A stretch of DNA of 64,000 bases from a virus (lineage: Duplodnaviria > Heunggongvirae > Uroviricota > Caudoviricetes). Positions 27,019 through 35,997 of the stretch are shown here, one piece after another. The position numbers were made by a program, and so were the translations under genes. Location: the IMG/VR virus record IMGVR_UViG_3300032323_004296; one strand, 5' to 3'. Numbering within the stretch: position 1 is the stretch's first letter; every line of letters starts with the position of its first letter. The notes beneath the pieces were generated by a model, which saw only the letters and a list, made by a program, of their open reading frames with translations, did no database searches and was not told where the DNA came from.

Positions 27019-27354
27019 TTAATCCTCATAACCATAAAACTCAACATCTTTAACTCGCTGATAATCCGCAGGTCCTAACGCATTAAAACAAGTCTCAGTC
27101 AATTCTGTTATCTCTTTAAACTCATCATCATAAGGGTACTCTCCATTTTCATCAGGGGTTACATTATAAATAATGGTATATCTCTCAACATCAATCTTTC
27201 TAAACTTTCCTATTTTGGGTTTAAAAGTGTCTAATTTTATTTCAAAATCCTTAATGAAAGGATACTCACTAATTATTAATTTTCTTATCAAACTATCTAA
27301 CAAAACTTTCATCATACTAATAAGTATTTTAGTTGTCAAGTAATTCTTGACCAC
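27019..27354 (-). CDS. hypothetical protein, tandem paralog 2
   Basis: MMKVLLDSLIRKLIISEYPFIKDFEIK...ELTETCFNALGPADYQR. A flanking 18-bp repeat CTTACTCTATAATCGTAT is found 3' of each copy. Confidence 0.55.
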   Translation of the reverse strand: MVKNYLTTKILISMMKVLLDSLIRKLIISEYPFIKDFEIKLDTFKPKIGKFRKIDVERYTIIYNVTPDENGEYPYDDEFKEITELTETCFNALGPADYQRVKDVEFYGYED

Positions 27355-27491
27355 TCGACTTCATTAAATCTTCATGTCGAATATAAAACAATTTTTCGAC
27401 CTAACTCCTACTATCGAACGAGAGAAAAAAATATTTGGTGAAGGTAAAAGAAATAGTATCTTTGTTGCTCACAAAAAAAACAAATACATTT

Positions 27492-27929
27492 ATGAAAAAG
27501 TTGACAACCTTATTTACAATCTTAGCGTTATTGTTTGTCTCCTGTAAAGAAAAATTACCATCCAATATCTCTTCAGCACTTTACAATTATGAAAGACAGG
27601 TCCAATACAATAGAGAAAGTGATAGTATTATTCTTTCACTCACTAAAGAAAGCATAGATAAATTATCTATGGATAGTATAAACATTATTCTTTTCAGAAA
27701 TGCATATGCTTCAGATAGGTATAACGAAGTAGAAAAAAAATTAGATGAATATCTAAAATATAATCCAGAATATTCCGATTACAACGAGATAAAAAGTAAG
27801 GGTTTACCCTACAGGTACACAGACCTTACCAAATTTCATAACAATGTTCGCTACTTAAATGAAATAGAGTTCTATAATCATTCAATCAAGTATGACAAAA
27901 ATACTGAAAAACCTCAGTATGGATTGTAA
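27492..27929 (+). CDS. putative lipoprotein
   Basis: MKKLTTLFTILALLFVSCKEK is a signal peptide with lipobox LFVSC. The start was moved to the internal ATG. Confidence 0.55.
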   Translation: MKKLTTLFTILALLFVSCKEKLPSNISSALYNYERQVQYNRESDSIILSLTKESIDKLSMDSINIILFRNAYASDRYNEVEKKLDEYLKYNPEYSDYNEIKSKGLPYRYTDLTKFHNNVRYLNEIEFYNHSIKYDKNTEKPQYGL

Positions 27930-28746
27930 TAACAACCCAAACTATAACCCTCACTCAATAGTGGGGGTTTTATATAATATACTTTTAGTGGATTAGTAAT
28001 GTGTAGTATAGTTCACTCACTCCGATGACCAATACACCCTCACTATCGTTCGGGGTCACCTCCATTCGTTCTCTAACCACACATTACATTTCCCCCACCA
28101 TATAGTTCGTCCCCCATTTAATGACAGGACATAATGAGATGGTGATATATTGTGTCAAGCTATAACTTAACAAAACATCCCTTCGGGTCAAGCTATAAGT
28201 TTACTTTTGACACATACGAAGGACTATACGCAATTACATATAAAACAATACCTTCGGTAAAAATTATATGTAATAACATATAGTCCCACATATTCCCACC
28301 ATATGAGTTGTCCACTACGAAGGGGACTCGTTTGGTCCATATGAGGGGGTCATATAACCTATCCCTTCGGTCGTTGAAGGGGTTATTTTATAGGTTCTAA
28401 AGTTCACTTCGTTCACTCCCCCGCTATTATACTTAACAGCCCTTTTTTTGCTGGATTCCGAAGGTAGTAAAAAAATGGTCTTCCTGATATCTGCAGAGGG
28501 GAAAAAGTGGTCCTGACACTATCTATAACACAATATCGGTGGTAAAAAGTGGGAATCAGTGGTGGGAGAAAGTGGGGGAAAATGTGACGAGGGGATTATC
28601 CCCATCTCAACGAGTCCCCTGACATTCTGACAATTCCAAATTTTTCCGTATAAAAAGTTATCCACATCCCCTTTTTTAATAGCGTCAGACATAATGTCAG
28701 TGTGGATAATTATTTATTTTTATATGTTCCGTAATACCATTATGAC
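27930..28746. repeat. non-coding repeat-rich region: UUCG-type hairpins, AAAGTGG iteron-like repeats, palindrome GGGGATTATCCCC, convergent DnaA boxes
   Basis: 817 bp without ORFs. CCCTTCGG-type hairpins occur 4 or more times. TCAAGCTATAA occurs twice. (A)AAAGTGG(G) occurs 3-4 times at about 12-nt spacing (28497-28585). TTATCCACA at 28658-28666 and TGTGGATAA at 28701-28709. Confidence 0.45.
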
Positions 28747-29061
28747 ATGAAGACATGGAAAGACATTGTAACCCCAACGATAGAGTCACTTACTGAGGAC
28801 CGAGTGAGAGTAGTATTACAGGTAGAGGGAGTAGAAGTGGGGGTATTATATTTCGAGAAAGCAAAGAAGGGGTGGAACACAAAACCCATCCGACAGAGTG
28901 GATGGGCATGTGTGGAGGCTAAAGTCGAGGGACTATATGTTTATGGTGGGGAGAGTGCAACCCCCAAGGACTTAGTTGCTTGGTGTCAACAACTTATTTC
29001 AACTTCTTCTCAATCAGGGACCATACCCACATCAGGAGATACCCAAGGAACAGTGCTTTAA
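28747..29061 (+). CDS. hypothetical protein (locally GC-rich ORF)
   Basis: 104 aa. Composition is atypical (richer in GC) for this window. Confidence 0.45.
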   Translation: MKTWKDIVTPTIESLTEDRVRVVLQVEGVEVGVLYFEKAKKGWNTKPIRQSGWACVEAKVEGLYVYGGESATPKDLVAWCQQLISTSSQSGTIPTSGDTQGTVL

Positions 29062-29206
29062 GAAACTTTCTCATATTACTTTTTATTTATTGCTCTTACT
29101 AATAGAATGACTACGGTCCCCACAATTATGTACCCAATAAAGTCGGGGATGTTTTGTAACCCCCAAAGGAATAGGAACCCCACTATTAATGCTGACAGTA
29201 TGAATC

Positions 29207-29614
29207 TCATATCAATTGTTTTATTTGTTTGAATGCTTCGGTGTATAACTTCTCACTGTTTCTTGCTTCCACTTCATAGGGGTGGTTATCATATCCAACT
29301 TTCTTATAGAGTTGTATATAGGTATTCATATTCTGAAGGTAGTGAGTATACTCGTGAAGGAGGGTTTGGATAAACAACTTCACATCAGCAGCATATGCTC
29401 TATTCACCACAATCTTATTGGTCCCACAATCAAACATACCATAGAACTTATCATCGGGGTTGTTGATAACGGAAACCTTCGGGACCTTCTTATACTTATG
29501 GACCCCAAACTTGGCAATGGAATACATAAGGGTTAGGGAAGCAATCTCCTTAACCTTCTTCAAAGAAAGGTCCTGTGTATTGGTCTTTAATAATATGGTC
29601 TTGGTCATTTTCAT
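29207..29614 (-). CDS. small HExxH metallopeptidase-like protein (HEYTH...PYEVEA)
   Basis: LLHEYTHYLQ followed by a downstream E-x-E-A, as in 42735..43268. Confidence 0.55.
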   Translation of the reverse strand: MKMTKTILLKTNTQDLSLKKVKEIASLTLMYSIAKFGVHKYKKVPKVSVINNPDDKFYGMFDCGTNKIVVNRAYAADVKLFIQTLLHEYTHYLQNMNTYIQLYKKVGYDNHPYEVEARNSEKLYTEAFKQIKQLI

Positions 29615-29618
29615 ACTA

Positions 29619-29686
29619 CAAAGATACGCCCTTTTTCTGACATGGCCAAAAGAATTTTATATAGGGGGGAATAACCTACAAAGATA
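29619..29686 (-). promoter_or_regulatory. tandem -7 promoter elements (reverse complement of CGTATCTTTGTAG, two copies) for 29207..29614
   Basis: CTACAAAGATACG at 29617-29629 and 29677-29689 is the reverse complement of the 9587/10147 promoter 20-mer core. Confidence 0.5.
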
Positions 29687-29882
29687 CGAAATATTTCCCA
29701 AACTGCCAAATAAAGTTATCCACATATTAAGGTCAAGTTTTTCGAGCAGAAAACTTGACCTTAATAATATTATTAAGCAACCTGCCCCTGATTCAGCTCC
29801 AAGAGGTTCTCTCCAGCCCGTCCTACTTATATTCAGACAAAGCAAAGGTACAATGTATTTATGATATAACAAAAAATAATTT

Positions 29883-30311
29883 ATGTTTGGTAAAATAACA
29901 AGGGAAGAATTCTTGGACAACTATGAATACAAAGTAATAAGAAGATTACTGAAGAAAGAGTTCTCCTTCATTATTGATGTGGTCCCCACCGATAGCTTCG
30001 AAGAATATGCATCGCTCCATTTTGTATTTGTTGTTATTGACCCCAATAAGTTTATAGAAGAACATCCCGAAGCTAAACTATACTCTTACATATCATACCT
30101 TGGTGATACAATCATGCCAGGTTATGTATATGGTATGTCATTCAAGTTCTTCTTCAATTCAGAGGAAGACTTCTATCCAATACAACAAGAAATCAATGAT
30201 ACCATAAAAGGAGTACATAACTCCAACTCAATACCATCGGACCTTAAACTCCCCACCACAATATCTGTATCAGGTTTCTTAGTACCAAAAAAACTTATCC
30301 CCACAACTTAA
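29883..30311 (+). CDS. hypothetical protein
   Basis: 142-aa ORF. Confidence 0.5.
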   Translation: MFGKITREEFLDNYEYKVIRRLLKKEFSFIIDVVPTDSFEEYASLHFVFVVIDPNKFIEEHPEAKLYSYISYLGDTIMPGYVYGMSFKFFFNSEEDFYPIQQEINDTIKGVHNSNSIPSDLKLPTTISVSGFLVPKKLIPTT

Positions 30312-30541
30312 CTATCTTATCCCCCCCGTCATTATGTCTGTTAATAACTAACAGGGGGAGGGGTATAAATTGTGGATAACTCCCCCCCATTATACCCCCC
30401 TCTGGCATGGGGGTACCACCCCCCCCTCCTAGGTATCCCCCCTCCCTATACGTCAAAATGTCAGAATAGGGGGGATAATACCTTAGATTACGCGAAAAAA
30501 ATTTTTGGGAAAATTGGAACCATTTTAGGTATTTATAAACT
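30312..30541. repeat. non-coding region with multiple C/G homopolymer runs and a DnaA box
   Basis: Runs of C6-C8 and G5-G7. TGTGGATAA at 30371-30379. AAAAAAATTTTTGGGAAAATT element at 30495-30516. ORF 30372..30554 (Pro-rich) is an artefact of the C-runs. Confidence 0.45.
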
Positions 30542-30814
30542 ATGGATTATATAGTTAAAGAATCACAACTAACAAATTTTTTGAAGAGGAGGTTTTCTAT
30601 GGAAGACCTTGAACAAATTGTAAATGATGTTAAGGGGAGTATTGAGCAAGGGGAGAATTGGGATACCTCACTATATGATGGAATTAGACAATTAATCAAA
30701 AGTAAAAAATTTAAAGACATTGATGAGTTTGGAAATGATGAGTCATATTGGAATTCATATCTGAAATATGAAAAGGAGTTGTTGGCTTATGTTGTTTCCA
30801 AATTGAATTTATAA
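30542..30814 (+). CDS. hypothetical protein (leader MDYIVKESQLTNFLKRR, family B-like)
   Basis: N-terminus resembles the B family. Confidence 0.45.
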   Translation: MDYIVKESQLTNFLKRRFSMEDLEQIVNDVKGSIEQGENWDTSLYDGIRQLIKSKKFKDIDEFGNDESYWNSYLKYEKELLAYVVSKLNL

Positions 30815-30874
30815 TCCCATATAGTCAAAAAAAATTTTTGGAAAAATTTTGTATTTATGATAAAATAGGGTTAT

Positions 30875-31276
30875 ATGAAAAAGGTTGTAAGATTAACTGA
30901 GTCTGATTTGTCAAAGTTGGTTAAAAGGGTTTTAATTGAACAGGAGAAACAATCATCATTTATGGATAAGTTATCTTCAATAAATTTTGATTTACCAAAT
31001 GCGAAACAGGTTCTCAAGAAAATGGTATTATTTCCTATTGAAATGGTATTGGGAAATCTTCCTCCTGTAATGATGGGGAAGGTTGCATATTTTCTTTTCA
31101 AGAATAAGGATAGTGTTCCTGAGATTTCTGCATGTATTCAACAAACAAGGTTTAGATTTCCAAAATCTTGTGATGGGTCATCAAACTTTCAAAGTGGTCC
31201 ATGTATTAGTTCGTTAAAACAAAATTCATCTCAACTTGGGGATTTATATTCTTGTATAAAGGGAAAGATGAAATAA
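30875..31276 (+). CDS. leader family A protein (MKKVVRLTESDLSKLVKRVLIEQ)
   Basis: Conserved leader with a Cys-containing body. Confidence 0.6.
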   Translation: MKKVVRLTESDLSKLVKRVLIEQEKQSSFMDKLSSINFDLPNAKQVLKKMVLFPIEMVLGNLPPVMMGKVAYFLFKNKDSVPEISACIQQTRFRFPKSCDGSSNFQSGPCISSLKQNSSQLGDLYSCIKGKMK

Positions 31277-31334
31277 ATTAAAATATATCTCCTTCAATTA
31301 TAAGTGGGGGTTTTTATTATAAAGAAGAGACATT

Positions 31335-31682
31335 ATGAAAAAGACTATAAGATTAACTGAATCTGAATTGATTAAATTGGTTAAGAGAGTTGTTAGTGAA
31401 CAATTTAATGATAGATTTGTGGACTATGATTCAACGGATATGGAAAATGATTCAGATAATTGGAAAGATATTGGTGATAAGATGGATATGAGAAATAATG
31501 AAATCACAAAAAATCAACTTAAGGATATTATCATGAATTTTTCTCGAATAGATTGTAGTAATGTTAATGCCTTTGATGGTGAGAACTTGACTAGTGAAAT
31601 TCCTGAACGTGATATAATTTATTGTCAGTACTACAAAGGGAAATCTCGAGCTGATTTAATGAGAAAATATAAGTCTTTATAA
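31335..31682 (+). CDS. leader family A protein (MKKTIRLTESELIKLVKRVVSEQ)
   Basis: Conserved leader. Confidence 0.6.
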   Translation: MKKTIRLTESELIKLVKRVVSEQFNDRFVDYDSTDMENDSDNWKDIGDKMDMRNNEITKNQLKDIIMNFSRIDCSNVNAFDGENLTSEIPERDIIYCQYYKGKSRADLMRKYKSL

Positions 31683-31690
31683 GACAATGA

Positions 31691-31716
31691 CCCCTCCAAT
31701 GAAGAGGGGTTTTTTA
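31691..31716 (+). terminator. rho-independent terminator
   Basis: Hairpin CCCCTCcaatgaaGAGGGG followed by TTTTTT. Confidence 0.65.
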
Positions 31717-31831
31717 TTTCTATAACATGACCCCCCCTTTTATAATTTATCTCCTATTCTCAAAAAAAAATTTTTGGGAAAATTATTATTTTTTGGGTTT
31801 TGTATTTTAGTTTTGGAATTAAACTTATGAT

Positions 31832-32473
31832 ATGTGGAATTCAGATGATATTGTAAATATTTTGGGGAGAAGTGATAACTTGGTTTTATTCGATGTAGGT
31901 GCTGCAGATTTCAGAGATAGTGTTATCATGAGAAATTCTTTTCCTGATTCAACAATATATTCTTTTGAGCCTGACAAAACAAATCTTGAATGGTACGGAA
32001 GTATATCCAAAAATTACAATCTCAACATATTTCCTTTCGGTCTATCGGATGAGAACGGAACATTTAAATTTTATACAAGTGAAACATTGAATGGAGCAAC
32101 GTGGAAATATTCTGGGTCTTTTATGAAACCTGTCGTTAAAGAGGGAACATCTGAAGGACTATTCCATTCAAATTTAATTTATAATATGGAAGGTATAGAA
32201 CTTGAGACCAAAAGATTGGATAGTTTCTGTATGGAAAATGGAATAACACAAATTGATTTCATGCATTTGGATGTACAGGGAGCGGAAACAAAAGTAATTC
32301 ACGGTATGGGTGACCTTAGACCTTATGTAATATTTGCAGAGACATGTGAGTATGAGACTTATGAAACAAATACAAATCTCCAAGAGTTTGATAAACTCAT
32401 GGGGGACCTTGGGTATTCAATCCGACAAAGGTATGAATATGATACTTTGTATGTTCATGAACATGTAATATAA
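31832..32473 (+). CDS. FkbM-family methyltransferase
   Basis: LFDVGAADFRDS...FEPDKTN...IDFMHLDVQGAETKVIHG matches the Methyltransf_21/FkbM domain pattern. Confidence 0.7.
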   Translation: MWNSDDIVNILGRSDNLVLFDVGAADFRDSVIMRNSFPDSTIYSFEPDKTNLEWYGSISKNYNLNIFPFGLSDENGTFKFYTSETLNGATWKYSGSFMKPVVKEGTSEGLFHSNLIYNMEGIELETKRLDSFCMENGITQIDFMHLDVQGAETKVIHGMGDLRPYVIFAETCEYETYETNTNLQEFDKLMGDLGYSIRQRYEYDTLYVHEHVI

Positions 32474-32538
32474 TTGTCAACGGTTTCTAATTCACCGTAA
32501 GTTTTTATCTTCATTTGTATTTATTATAAACAAAAATT

Positions 32539-33132
32539 ATGAAACATTTATTGAATGATTTAACGGAGCAAGAAAAGAATTCTATCCGTGAACAACATAC
32601 AGAGAAAATTAGAATTGATACATCAAAGTTTTCCAAATTGGTTAATACAAAGTCGGGTGATGCAAAACCATTTATTAATGAACAATCCGATGTCTGGTCG
32701 AAATATCCATGTGTCAAAAAAATGAAAGATGGTCTTAGTCCTAATGGTCAGAAATTTAAAACTGATGGGAAGATGCAATATTATTCTAATGGTAGAGCTA
32801 TGGACCCTGTGACAAAGAAAAAGTATAATTATGAATGTGGTGATGGAGATGAAATTCTTACAACAATACAAGAACAATCTGAAGGTCAGAGTCATCAATC
32901 ATCTAATTTTTCTTCAGGTCAAGTTGTTAAAGCAAAAAGGGATAAGGATGGTCAGGTTTATACAATTCAGATTGTTAAATCTGAACCGAAGTTTATTTTG
33001 GGGACAATTACGGGACCAGGTACATATCAGGGTCAGTCATTGAAAAATGGCACACAGGTTGAATTATATTCTTATTCTCCTGGTAAATTATCCGGCAATA
33101 TGGATTTGGGCAATTTTACAGTTGTAAAATAA
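32539..33132 (+). CDS. hypothetical protein
   Basis: 197-aa ORF followed by a terminator at 33155-33181. Confidence 0.55.
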   Translation: MKHLLNDLTEQEKNSIREQHTEKIRIDTSKFSKLVNTKSGDAKPFINEQSDVWSKYPCVKKMKDGLSPNGQKFKTDGKMQYYSNGRAMDPVTKKKYNYECGDGDEILTTIQEQSEGQSHQSSNFSSGQVVKAKRDKDGQVYTIQIVKSEPKFILGTITGPGTYQGQSLKNGTQVELYSYSPGKLSGNMDLGNFTVVK

Positions 33133-33204
33133 TTTCGATATAATGAATTATAAACCCCTTCCTTTATCGGAGGGGTTTTTTGTTTGTGGTTCTATTTATC
33201 TTAT

Positions 33205-33510
33205 ATGAAATATATCATAACGGAAGAACAATATAAAAGAATTGCATACTCTCCTAGTAGGTTATGGATATTGAGGAGATATGATTTGGTTAAAAAATCA
33301 TTTATGGAAACGTTGAAGAATGTTAACCCTTGTACGACAAACTCTTTTGAACAATACGAAAACGAATTTTATCTTACTTTAATGGATGACCTCCATGAGT
33401 TATATTATTTGGTTGATGGTTTTGACTATTTAGGTGTTTTTGAAGAATTGAAGGACCTATTTTATGTTGACCTCACCGAAGAATATTTTGAACGCAAAAG
33501 GGCTTGTTAA
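33205..33510 (+). CDS. leader family B protein (MKYIITEEQYKRI)
   Basis: Start moved to the internal ATG. Confidence 0.55.
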   Translation: MKYIITEEQYKRIAYSPSRLWILRRYDLVKKSFMETLKNVNPCTTNSFEQYENEFYLTLMDDLHELYYLVDGFDYLGVFEELKDLFYVDLTEEYFERKRAC

Positions 33511-33671
33511 TTCTCTGCAGCCGGAAACCGACGACAATCCCCCTACCCCCTTTTTGACCGACGGTCCCCGACCGACTTCGTCGGTTCTTGTTCCTTATAT
33601 AATATCCCCCTTCGTTGAACCCATCTTAAACAATGTGGTCGGATGATATATTTATTTAAAAATAATTTATA

Positions 33672-34172
33672 ATGAAAAAGATAGTTAGACTTACAGAATC
33701 GGAGTTGGTTCGTTTGGTTAATAAAGTTCTTGAAGAACAAAAAGTAACAACAAAGGGTATTTCTTTAACTCCTGATAAGTCAAAAGATAATAAAGGAAAA
33801 TGTAAACCACCATCCTCCCCAGAGGAATTTGAAGACGCAGTTCTTGATAGAGTTGAAACTTGGGATGAGATACACAACGTAATTTATAGTATTAACCCAA
33901 CTCCACTGATTTTATCCAAACTAAAAGGAACAAGATATGGAGGTTTCTCATATGATAAGGCAAGTAATACTATATCATTATATAAATTCACAGGGTATTG
34001 GAGGATGTTTTTTACAGGTGAAAGCTTAGGTGATTTTCTTGTGAAGATAAAGATGCCTATCAATTTATTACCAAAATTACCTAGAGAATACTTTGATGAG
34101 TCAATGTCAATGGTACCCACTTTTGAGATAGAAAGTGGAAAGATAAAATTATTTATGACTGGACTTTGTTAA
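33672..34172 (+). CDS. leader family A protein (MKKIVRLTESELVRLVNKVLEEQ)
   Basis: Leader is nearly identical at DNA level to the copy at 34872. Confidence 0.6.
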   Translation: MKKIVRLTESELVRLVNKVLEEQKVTTKGISLTPDKSKDNKGKCKPPSSPEEFEDAVLDRVETWDEIHNVIYSINPTPLILSKLKGTRYGGFSYDKASNTISLYKFTGYWRMFFTGESLGDFLVKIKMPINLLPKLPREYFDESMSMVPTFEIESGKIKLFMTGLC

Positions 34173-34249
34173 AAATATATCAAAAAAAAATAGATAAGAA
34201 CCTTCACGTATAAGTGAGGGTTTTTTATTTTCTTTTGTATTTATAAGTA

Positions 34250-34789
34250 ATGAAATATCTCATTACAGAAAGACAATATGGTGTATTAATGGAACAACAA
34301 GTTAGAATTCCTATGCCGCTTCAGAATCCGGTTTTCGACAAGGTTATCAAATTAAATAAAAAGGTTTTTGGATTACCTGTTAATCCACAAATTACTCCTG
34401 AATATACAAAAAAAATGAATGATTTATTGAACAAAAAAAATGTTGATACATCACAGAGAACTTTGTTGGGAGCTTTGGTAAACTTCATACCCATATATGA
34501 AACATATTTGGACCTGGAGACACTTATAGATGGAATCACAACGTTAGATAGAGCAAAAATGAATGGTGGATTTATTGCTTTGATTTATCCTTCGTTTTCC
34601 TATAAAGCAATGACAAATTTGTATTCTTGGTTTGTAGAAAAAACGTCGGGTAAGGAACAAGCTGATTATCAGGATAATGCCAGAATTGATTTAGTAAATA
34701 TGACTCAAGTAGATAGAGAAAAATTATTTAAGAAATATGGGTATGGTGGTTATGAAAAGTGGATTAAAGCTGGAAAACCAAAACTGTAA
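34250..34789 (+). CDS. leader family B protein (MKYLITERQYGVLMEQQ)
   Basis: Leader motif. Confidence 0.55.
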   Translation: MKYLITERQYGVLMEQQVRIPMPLQNPVFDKVIKLNKKVFGLPVNPQITPEYTKKMNDLLNKKNVDTSQRTLLGALVNFIPIYETYLDLETLIDGITTLDRAKMNGGFIALIYPSFSYKAMTNLYSWFVEKTSGKEQADYQDNARIDLVNMTQVDREKLFKKYGYGGYEKWIKAGKPKL

Positions 34790-34871
34790 TTTTAAAACTG
34801 TCCGAAACGAGTGAGTCTCATATTTTTCGGCGCAATTGTTATTTTGGGATATTTATTTTAAAAATAATGTT

Positions 34872-35375
34872 ATGAAAAAGATAGTTAGATTATCAGAATC
34901 AGATTTGGTTCGTTTGGTAAATAAAGTTATTAAAGAACAATCTGTATCTCCGATTCCTTCAAAAGGCGCTCAACCAAAATCACCAAATATAGGTACTAAC
35001 ACAAAACAAAACCCGTCACAAATGAGAGGTTCAGTACCGGCACAATCAAGAGCGACGGCTGTGAAGGGTACACCAGCAAAACCTGGTATGTTACCTAATG
35101 TAGATATCTTGAACAGGGACTACAAAGGGAAAAGTTTCAATTGGAATGGTAAGTCTGTACAAATAGATGGTTTTGTTTTGGCAAAAAATCCTCAGACTGG
35201 TGCAATGGAACCTAATTTTCCTGTAGATATGCAAACCTATGTTAATGGAAATGGAATGGATTGGTCATTTGACTGTAAATCTAAAGGTTTTTCAAAGGTG
35301 GGAAACATGCCAAATACGAAATTAACAGGAACAAGAATCGAAACTCAGATTTATCAAAACTATTGTAGAAGATAA
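34872..35375 (+). CDS. leader family A protein (MKKIVRLSESDLVRLVNKVIKEQ)
   Basis: Start moved to the internal ATG. Confidence 0.6.
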   Translation: MKKIVRLSESDLVRLVNKVIKEQSVSPIPSKGAQPKSPNIGTNTKQNPSQMRGSVPAQSRATAVKGTPAKPGMLPNVDILNRDYKGKSFNWNGKSVQIDGFVLAKNPQTGAMEPNFPVDMQTYVNGNGMDWSFDCKSKGFSKVGNMPNTKLTGTRIETQIYQNYCRR

Positions 35376-35491
35376 TTTATCTTTATTAATCTATATGAAC
35401 CCTCTTCAATTATGAAGGGGGTTTATATTATATGGTAACACCCACCTTCGTAAAAACTATCCGTTTGATGTATTTATTATAAAGTAGAATT

Positions 35492-35986
35492 ATGAGTTAT
35501 CAAAAAAAAAATAATATCCGAGAGGTTAATATGAACTTGGAGATAAGATTCTTAAATGAACAAACGGTTGTTCCTCTCATGACCGTTTTGTCAACGCCCA
35601 ATAATGTGGCAGTTAATGCTCAAGACAACACTGACATCATTTTTTTGACTATGAGAGATAAAACAGGAAAAATTGTTCCAAACTCAAAATATTCATATAA
35701 AGTGAGGGGTAAAAAAGGTTTTATTTCCTTCGACCTTACTTTAAGAAAAGTTGAAAGACTCAATAATGGTGATTTAAGTGCAGAGGCTTATCCTAAGAAC
35801 GATATTATGAAAGGACTTTTAAGTTTAATCCCGAGCAAATACAAAACCGCAGATGGTTATGTAAAAATACTCGTTCCTAACGCAAAAATTACTGAGGCGA
35901 TAAAAAAACTACAAGCAAATAAAGGTGTCAATGCAACCGTAGATGCGGGTAATGGAATTGATGTCGTATTCAAATTGATTCAATAA
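35492..35986 (+). CDS. hypothetical protein
   Basis: 164-aa ORF. Confidence 0.5.
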   Translation: MSYQKKNNIREVNMNLEIRFLNEQTVVPLMTVLSTPNNVAVNAQDNTDIIFLTMRDKTGKIVPNSKYSYKVRGKKGFISFDLTLRKVERLNNGDLSAEAYPKNDIMKGLLSLIPSKYKTADGYVKILVPNAKITEAIKKLQANKGVNATVDAGNGIDVVFKLIQ

Positions 35987-35997
35987 TAATTTGATTT

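Noticed and set aside
30372-30554. 60-aa Pro-rich ORF (MDNSPPLYPPLAWGYHPPLLGIPPPY)
   Set aside because: It is generated by reading through poly-C tracts in a non-coding region. The low-complexity translation is not credible.
35492-35986. MNLEIRFLNEQ near the N-terminus as a family-C leader
   Set aside because: Only 4-5 residues match (MNL.E...). It lacks the QRIKEMMGI core.
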